From a bacterium (GTDB taxonomy: Bacteria > Patescibacteriota > Patescibacteriia > Patescibacteriales > GWC2-42-12), in assembly GCA_030655095.1 (NCBI GenBank), contig JAURWF010000062.1, positions 1-48,853 of the forward strand: a DNA stretch of 48,853 nt, in the 5' to 3' direction. Numbering within the stretch: position 1 is the stretch's first letter; every line of letters begins with the position of its first letter. Of the stretch, positions 43,105-48,853 are shown piece after piece. A program made the translations under genes and the position numbers. The notes beneath the pieces are model-generated. The model was not told the origin of the DNA. It worked only from the letters and a program-made list of their open reading frames with translations, and searched no databases.

Positions 43105-44367
43105 ATGAAAGATGATATTGTAGCAGGTTTAGATATCGGCTCTACTTCTGTTAGATTGGTTGTTGGACAGCGAATGTCTTCAAATGAATCTGGCGAGCAA
43201 TTGCGAATATTAGGCGCTGTTTCTGTTCCTTCAGAGGGAATAAATAGGGGCGTTGTTAATAGTATTGAAGATACTACTTCAGCTATTTCCGCTTGTTTAG
43301 AAAAAGCAGAAAGATTAATTGGCGTGTCTGTTTCTAATGTTTGGGTAGGCATTAATGGACCAAATTTGAAATGTGAAAAAAGTCATGGTGTTGTGGCAGT
43401 TGGTAGGAGTGATAATGAAATTACCGAAGATGACATTGAGCGAGCTGTTGAAGCTGCTCAGGCTTTAGCAGTTCCACCAAATTATGAGATTCTCCATGTT
43501 ATCCCTGTCAAATTTACTGTTGATAATCAGGAAGATATTAAAGATCCATTAGGTATGACTGGTGTGCGATTAGAAGTGGAAATTTTAATTATTCAGGGTT
43601 TGTCTAGTCAAATTAAAAATTTAACAAAAGCTATTTATCGTACTGGTTTGGAAATTGAAGATTTGGTTTTATCGCCACTAGCTGCTTCTGAAGTGGTTAT
43701 TGATCATAAGCAAAAAGAATTAGGTGTAGCCTTAGTTAATATAGGAGCTTCTACTACTAGTTTGGCTGTTTTTGAAGAAGGCGAGCTTTTGCATGCAGCT
43801 GTTTTGTCAATAGGATCAGAGCATATTACTGCTGATATAGCTATTGGTTTAAGGTGTCCTATAAATTTAGCTGAAAGAATTAAATTAGAGCATGGTTATG
43901 CTTGCGCCGAGCAATTTACTAAAAAGGATGAGATTGATATTAGTGATTTGGCTAAAGAAGAAAATGCAAGTGATGAAACAATGATTATTTCTAAAAAATA
44001 TGTTGCTGAAATTATTGAAGCGCGGGTTGAAGAAATTTTTGAGAAAATTGATAATGAGTTAAAAAAGATTGATCGTTCTGGAATGTTGCCTGGCGGTATT
44101 TTTTTGATTGGTGGTGGATCTAAATTATTGGGCTTAATTAAGGTGGCAAAAGATAATTTGCGTCTTCCTGTTTGTCTCGGCGTTAATAGAAATATTATAG
44201 CTACTATAGATAAAATTAATGATACTACTTATTTAACAGCTTTAGGATTAATGGCATGGGGTAATAAATTAAATAAAAGTAAACACGGATCAAAAAGAGG
44301 AAGTAAAGGAATTATTGGTCAGGTAATTAAAAAAATAAAGCAACGCTTTAGTTCCCTTATTCCCTAA
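43105..44367 (+). CDS. ftsA: Cell division protein FtsA
   Basis: Actin-fold motifs GLDIGSTSVRLVVG and LIGGGSKLLG. It lies immediately upstream of ftsZ. Confidence 0.9.
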   Translation: MKDDIVAGLDIGSTSVRLVVGQRMSSNESGEQLRILGAVSVPSEGINRGVVNSIEDTTSAISACLEKAERLIGVSVSNVWVGINGPNLKCEKSHGVVAVGRSDNEITEDDIERAVEAAQALAVPPNYEILHVIPVKFTVDNQEDIKDPLGMTGVRLEVEILIIQGLSSQIKNLTKAIYRTGLEIEDLVLSPLAASEVVIDHKQKELGVALVNIGASTTSLAVFEEGELLHAAVLSIGSEHITADIAIGLRCPINLAERIKLEHGYACAEQFTKKDEIDISDLAKEENASDETMIISKKYVAEIIEARVEEIFEKIDNELKKIDRSGMLPGGIFLIGGGSKLLGLIKVAKDNLRLPVCLGVNRNIIATIDKINDTTYLTALGLMAWGNKLNKSKHGSKRGSKGIIGQVIKKIKQRFSSLIP

Positions 44368-44439
44368 AGGTCTTGAAATATTTTTAATTGTAGTTTAATA
44401 TAAAATTAGTTAACTGATTAACTAATTAATTATCTATAT

Positions 44440-45612
44440 ATGGCAGAAGTAAAACCAGTAGTAGAAACATTTGCTAAAATTAAAGTGATTGGAGTCGGTG
44501 GTGGTGGTGGTAGCGCTGTTAATAGGATGATTGAATTTGGCATTAGAGGTGTTGAATTTATTGCTGTTAATACAGATGTTCAGGCTTTGCATTACAATAA
44601 GGCAAGCAAGAAAATTCATATTGGGAAAACGATTACTCGTGGATTGGGAGCTGGAATGAATCCTGAATTGGGTCGGCAGTCAGCAGAAGAATCGCAAAAT
44701 GATCTCAGAGATGCGTTGAAAGATGTTGATATGGTTTTTGTGACTTGTGGATTAGGTGGTGGAACAGGCACAGGTGCTTCGCCAATTATTGCTGAGATTG
44801 CTCGTGATCTAGGCGCTTTAACTGTAGCAGTGGTAACTAAACCATTTGCTTTTGAAGGAGCGCAAAGAAAAAATATTGCTGAACGTGGTTTAGCGGAATT
44901 GTCTGATAAAGTAGACACAATTATTACTATTCCTAATGATAAATTATTACAAATTATTGATAAAAAAACATCGCTTTTAGATGCTTTTACAGTTGTTGAT
45001 GAAATTTTAAGGCAGGGAGTTCAGGGTATTTCAGAATTAATTACAATACCTGGATTGATTAATGTTGACTTTGCTGATGTTAAAGCAGTAATGTCAAATG
45101 CTGGTAGTGCTTTAATGGGGATTGGTCAGGCTAGTGGAGAAAACAAGGCCATTGAAGCTGCCAAGGCTGCTATTAGTTCGCCTTTGCTTGAAATGTCTAT
45201 TGAAGGTGCTTGCGGTATTCTTTTTACTATAGTTGGTGGTCCAAATTTATCTATGCATGAAGTTAATGAGGCTGCTAAAATTATTACTTCTTCAGCTAAT
45301 GAAGATGCAAAAATAATTTTTGGTGCAGTTATTGATGATAAATATAAAGATGAAATTAAAATAACAGTTGTTGCAACAGGTTTTGATGGTCGTAAAATTG
45401 GAGTAAGTGAAATAATAGCTAATGAAAGGGCATATACCCCTAATGTTTTTATTAGTGCAGAGGAGGATAAAGAGAAGTGGGAGATTAAGAAAAAAAGTAA
45501 AGTTTCTTCTCTAAAACAAGCTCAAGCTGAACCTGCACAAAAAAAAGGATCAGAGTCAGATGAAGAAGACGAACTAGGCATCCCAGCATTTATTCGGAAG
45601 AAGATGATGTAG
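44440..45612 (+). CDS. ftsZ: Cell division GTPase FtsZ
   Basis: [13 protein letters not shown], the tubulin signature [12 protein letters not shown] and the C-terminal peptide [12 protein letters not shown]. Confidence 0.95.
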   Translation: MAEVKPVVETFAKIKVIGVGGGGGSAVNRMIEFGIRGVEFIAVNTDVQALHYNKASKKIHIGKTITRGLGAGMNPELGRQSAEESQNDLRDALKDVDMVFVTCGLGGGTGTGASPIIAEIARDLGALTVAVVTKPFAFEGAQRKNIAERGLAELSDKVDTIITIPNDKLLQIIDKKTSLLDAFTVVDEILRQGVQGISELITIPGLINVDFADVKAVMSNAGSALMGIGQASGENKAIEAAKAAISSPLLEMSIEGACGILFTIVGGPNLSMHEVNEAAKIITSSANEDAKIIFGAVIDDKYKDEIKITVVATGFDGRKIGVSEIIANERAYTPNVFISAEEDKEKWEIKKKSKVSSLKQAQAEPAQKKGSESDEEDELGIPAFIRKKMM

Positions 45613-45627
45613 AGAGCAAAGATATTG

Positions 45628-45663
45628 TTTGTATATTATGCAATATTGTGCATAATATACAAA
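45628..45663. other. 15-bp-stem hairpin after ftsZ (no U-tract)
   Basis: tttgtatattatgca (45628-45642) pairs with tgcataatatacaaa (45649-45663), with loop atattg. The arms share TGTATATTAT/ATAATATACA with the palindrome at 1628-1672. Confidence 0.6.
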
Positions 45664-46119
45664 AACACTTCGCATATAAACGAGTTGTTCGAAATAAATT
45701 TTAGCTAGTAAAAACAAAGTTAAATGAGTTGTTTTGCGATAGTTTAATATTTAAAGAAAGGTTTTTATTCTTCAGCTAAAATTTACATCGTACAACAAAG
45801 AATATCTGGTTCAAGAATTTTTCATTAATAATATTAATAAGGAGTAAAAAAATTCTTTCAACCCATATTTTTGCCTCTTTTTCTTTTATAAAATATAATA
45901 AGGAAGTGAGACAAAAACATCAGATATTCTTAGACGTTAGCTGACAGATCTCTAATACAAAATAAACATAAATTGTTTAATAGAGTATTATAATACAAAC
46001 TGTTAGAGTAGAGCATTTCTATTCTCGTTGACATCATCTTATTTTTTGTTGCCAAGATTTAAAATATATGTTATTTTAATTCTAAAGAGTACGAATAATC
46101 GTATTTATTGGAAACAAAT

Positions 46120-46743
46120 ATGCAATATATTGAGTTAAAGGAAAAATTAAACGAATATGTGGTTTTTACTTCGCAAGACATAAATAAGGTTGATGCGTTG
46201 TTTTATCGTTCTCGTTTGAATGATTGGCAAGATAAGGGATATATAAAAAAGATTCGTAGAGGATATTATATGTTTGCTGATCAAAATTTAAATGAAGCTG
46301 TTTTATTTTGTGTTGCTAATAAGATTTATTTACCATCTTATATTTCATTTGAAATGGCTTTATCTAATTATGGGTTAATCCCGGAAAGTGTTTATGGTAT
46401 CACTTCGGCTACCTCAAATAAAACTAATCGCTTTAAAACTGAAATAGGTGAATTTATTTATCATCATCTTAAGCCGGAATTGTTGTTCGGTTATGAGTTG
46501 ATTACGCTCGGCGGAATATCATACAAGATGGCTAATATTGAGAAGACAATTTTAGATTATTTTTATATTAATTCGCATTTAAAGACAGAAGCAGATTTTT
46601 CTGAGTTGAGAATAAACGAAGAAGAATTTAATTCAAAGGTGAATAAGGATAAGTTAATGAAGTATTTAAATTCATTTAATAATAAGAGTTTAGAGCGAAG
46701 AATTAATAAGTTTTTAAAGTATATAAATTATGTTAATGCTTAA
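46120..46743 (+). CDS. AbiEi-like antitoxin, second copy
   Basis: The track starts at TTG 46108, so ATG 46120 (MQYIELKEK) is preferred. DKGYIKKIRRGYYMF is the AbiEi-type helix. It overlaps the AbiEii gene by 14 nt. Confidence 0.6.
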   Translation: MQYIELKEKLNEYVVFTSQDINKVDALFYRSRLNDWQDKGYIKKIRRGYYMFADQNLNEAVLFCVANKIYLPSYISFEMALSNYGLIPESVYGITSATSNKTNRFKTEIGEFIYHHLKPELLFGYELITLGGISYKMANIEKTILDYFYINSHLKTEADFSELRINEEEFNSKVNKDKLMKYLNSFNNKSLERRINKFLKYINYVNA

Positions 46744-47506
46744 AGAAATTGAAAAGCAATATCCGAATAATTTAAGATCATACAAGCGCAATATTTTACG
46801 TGAGTATCTGCAGTACAAAATATTAGAGTTAATTTTTAATTCACCATTGGCGAATAAACTTTCATTTTTGGGTGGCACAGCTTTATGTATTATATATAAT
46901 AATAACAGATTTTCAGAGGATCTTGATTTTGATAATTTTGGTTTGACCGAGGAAGAGTTTATAAAGCTTACAGAGGAAGTACAAAATGGAATGATAAAAT
47001 TGGGCTTTGAAACAGAAATAAGAAATGTATTTAAGGGTGCTTTTCGCTGTTATCTTAAAATTCCAAAAGTGTTATTGGACAATGAATTAGCTGTTATGCC
47101 AGATGAAAAGATGATGATTCAAATTGATACTGCGCCTCATGGATTTAAATATAATCCTGACAAAAAAATTCTGAATAAGTTTGATATATTCACGCAAATT
47201 TTTTCTACTCCATTAGATATATTACTATCACAAAAAATATATACGATTTTTAATCGTAATCGCGCTAAGGGTAGAGATTTCTTTGACACAATTTTTCTTT
47301 TAGGATTAACTAAGCCGAATTATGATTATTTGAAGTTAAAGATGGGAGTTGATAATTGGCCGGATATAAAGAAGAAACTTTTGGAAAAAACGGAAAAACT
47401 AGATTTAGCTGGATTGGTAAAGGACGTTGAGCCATATTTATTTAGTCCGAGTGATTCAAAGAAGATCGCTTTGTTTAGGGAATGCATTGAACAGATAGAA
47501 TCTTAA
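46730..47506 (+). CDS. AbiEii/AbiGii-family nucleotidyltransferase toxin, second copy
   Basis: LREYLQYKILELIF...SFLGGTALCIIYNNNRFSEDLDFD parallels the protein encoded at 2352..3179. Confidence 0.75.
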   Translation: MLMLKEIEKQYPNNLRSYKRNILREYLQYKILELIFNSPLANKLSFLGGTALCIIYNNNRFSEDLDFDNFGLTEEEFIKLTEEVQNGMIKLGFETEIRNVFKGAFRCYLKIPKVLLDNELAVMPDEKMMIQIDTAPHGFKYNPDKKILNKFDIFTQIFSTPLDILLSQKIYTIFNRNRAKGRDFFDTIFLLGLTKPNYDYLKLKMGVDNWPDIKKKLLEKTEKLDLAGLVKDVEPYLFSPSDSKKIALFRECIEQIES

Positions 47507-47735
47507 TTTGTATTTTTTAAAAATAATTAGAAAGTTGGTATTGTTGTTAAATAGCAAGCTAAAAATAATAGTAGATATTCCTCGTCAGCTTATTGCGAGG
47601 TTTCCTTGAGGGAAAGTTTGAAAACCGCAGTGGTTTTTCAAGATAAATTTCTACAATACAGGGCAACTTGTATTATCCGCTGTAATCGGTTATAATCCAC
47701 TATATGTAGTATAGCGTTAACATTTAACTAAGTAT

Positions 47736-48746
47736 ATGGACGACATTATCAAAAAATTTGATCATCGAATAAAAAATCCTGACCCACACATCGTGATTTT
47801 TTTGACTGAGGTTGATGGTATTCGGGGTGAATTTAAATCAAGTTTAAGAATGACTCCACAGGCAATAACTAATCTTCGTAAGTCTACGCTCATTACCTCG
47901 GCCGGTGCATCTAACCGTATTGAGGGAGGAAAACTAAACGATGAAGAGGTTGAGAAGGTTATGTGTGGACTTGCAGTCTCTAAGTTTGCGGATCGTGATT
48001 CTCAAGAAGTACAGGGTTATCTTGAAACGCTTCAGAATGTTTTTGATAGTTTTCAAACTTTGCCACTTCGGGAGAGTGTAATTACTTCGCTCCATAATCA
48101 GCTTCTTAAATACTCTAATAAGGATGATACGCATCGCGGCGGTTATAAAAAGAAAGAAAATGCGGTTGGTGTTCTCGGACCGGACGGTAACGTGGCGCGG
48201 ATAATGTTTGAGACGACAAAAGCATATCTCACTCCTAAAGAAATGCAGGAGCTCGTGGATTGGACAGTTGATGCACTTGAAAAAAATCGCTTCCATCAAC
48301 TTCTTATCATCGCCAATTTCATTGTTGAGTTTTTGAAAATCCATCCGTTTGAAGATGGCAACGGGCGGCTTTCACGTGTGCTTACGAATCTTTTGCTTTT
48401 GCGTTTTGGTTATCAGTTTGTGCAGTATGTCTCACACGAGCAGATTGTTGAACGTCGTAAGGATGAATATTATATTGCACTTCGCAAATCGCAGGAGACA
48501 TTTAAGACTGATCACGACACGATCTCCCCATGGCTCAACTTTTTTCTTTCGGTCGTTAAAGAGCAAGCCACAAAAGCTCTCACATATCTCGAAGAGGAAA
48601 AAATCGAGGACATACTTTCGTCTAAGCAATATGAGGTATGGAAATACCTATCAAGTGTCGAGGAAGCGGCTCCTGGTGAAATCGTTAAAGCGACAGACAT
48701 TGCGCTTGGCACAGCAGGCTGTCTAAAAAGCCCTTTAACAATTTAA
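47736..48746 (+). CDS. Fic family protein (AMPylase-type) with N-terminal inhibitory motif; the C-terminus is suspect
   Basis: HPFEDGNGRLSR active-site loop and SNRIEG, which matches (S/T)xxxE(G/N). The last 11 codons lie inside the terminal inverted repeat, so the real C-terminus may differ. Confidence 0.8.
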   Translation: MDDIIKKFDHRIKNPDPHIVIFLTEVDGIRGEFKSSLRMTPQAITNLRKSTLITSAGASNRIEGGKLNDEEVEKVMCGLAVSKFADRDSQEVQGYLETLQNVFDSFQTLPLRESVITSLHNQLLKYSNKDDTHRGGYKKKENAVGVLGPDGNVARIMFETTKAYLTPKEMQELVDWTVDALEKNRFHQLLIIANFIVEFLKIHPFEDGNGRLSRVLTNLLLLRFGYQFVQYVSHEQIVERRKDEYYIALRKSQETFKTDHDTISPWLNFFLSVVKEQATKALTYLEEEKIEDILSSKQYEVWKYLSSVEEAAPGEIVKATDIALGTAGCLKSPLTI

Positions 48747-48853
48747 TAAATCAGACAAATTAAGGCTATTTTGCCCTTAGACCATTGCTGGTAGCCTCAT
48801 TAAAGCAGCTAATTGTAATTTTTTTATATCTTTATTCTCTTTTTTAATCCAAT
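48714..48853. repeat. Right copy of the terminal inverted repeat
   Basis: Exact reverse complement of nt 2..141. Confidence 0.95.

Noticed and set aside
44406-44425. ttagttaa-ctga-ttaactaa hairpin between ftsA and ftsZ as an attenuator
   Set aside because: It is an all-A/T 8-bp stem of marginal stability with no U-tract. That is common by chance in this composition.
47934-48726. ORFs 47934-48344(-), 48349-48726(+), 48432-48629(-) and 48512-48712(-) overlapping the Fic gene
   Set aside because: The Fic frame carries the diagnostic HPFxxGNGR motif. The others are shadow frames in a GC-richer segment.
1-48853. Linear plasmid or phage genome with terminal inverted repeats
   Set aside because: The content is chromosomal housekeeping (ftsA/ftsZ, hisS, lepB, rpsU, rel, ybeY). 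There is no terminal-protein or DNA polymerase B gene and no structural phage genes. The 140-141 nt length matches an assembler k-mer scale, so a repeat node or artefact is more likely.
1-48853. Alternative genetic code (UGA recoded, as in some candidate phyla)
   Set aside because: TGA ends well-delimited conserved genes (dapB at 23448-23450 and the 27771 gene at 29451-29453). Conserved proteins such as FtsZ, HisRS and LepB read through full length with standard code 11. TAA, TAG and TGA all serve as stops.
1-48853. rRNA, tRNA, tmRNA, transposase/IS or integrase genes
   Set aside because: No spacer shows cloverleaf-like GC-rich segments. No ORF shows DDE, tyrosine-recombinase or serine-recombinase motifs that I could recognise by eye.

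Overview
The window looks like a complete contig of very AT-rich bacterial chromosome. Hand-counted 60-nt samples give about 18% GC in native stretches. Housekeeping genes are present (lepB, hisS, rpsU, a Rel-type (p)ppGpp enzyme, ybeY, dgkA, ftsA, ftsZ). Two secreted proteins start with a TrbC/VirB2-like pilin hairpin, and the surface proteins are repeat-rich. Native genes have almost no Shine-Dalgarno sequences. Together this fits a Patescibacteria/CPR (Parcubacteria-like) organism, but that cannot be proven from sequence alone. Layout, left to right. (1) 226-20017 is a two-armed convergent cell-surface glycan locus. It holds ugd, galE, a 6-deoxy-HexNAc nucleotide-sugar trio, several glycosyltransferases including a 910-aa three-module enzyme, two methyltransferases, Wzm/Wzt-type ABC export and a polyprenyl-phosphate sugar transferase. 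An AbiE toxin-antitoxin pair, a galE 3' relic, a homopolymer frameshift in one GT4 gene and a GxxExxY cassette between wzm and wzt interrupt it. (2) 20170-23526 is a GC-richer lysA-dapL-dapB block with perfect AGGAGG ribosome-binding sites and a strong terminator, probably acquired horizontally. (3) 27736-40610 is a roughly 13 kb surface-protein island. It has two paralogous pilin-hairpin-anchored proteins (560 aa and a cysteine-rich 1813 aa giant), a chimeric 568-aa secreted protein ending in a type IV pilin-like domain, and two membrane proteins with calcium-binding repeats. Bro-N and HEPN/MNT genes are interspersed. (4) 40614-45612 holds ybeY, an SGNH hydrolase, a ParA-like ATPase, dgkA, ftsA and ftsZ. 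(5) A second AbiE pair and a GC-richer Fic gene lie at the right end. The structure least explained by ordinary annotation is a family of intergenic arrays of 7-9 nt word repeats (core GACTTT; also TACAAAT and TACGAAT). These arrays abut start codons and bracket genes or gene blocks in inverted orientation. Other notable points are a frame-breaking 8-nt x4 tandem repeat in the signal peptide of the first pilin-anchored protein and a perfect 140-nt inverted repeat at the two ends of the window. No rRNA, tRNA, CRISPR array or transposase was recognised. All functional calls come from motifs read by eye in the supplied translations. No database search was run.
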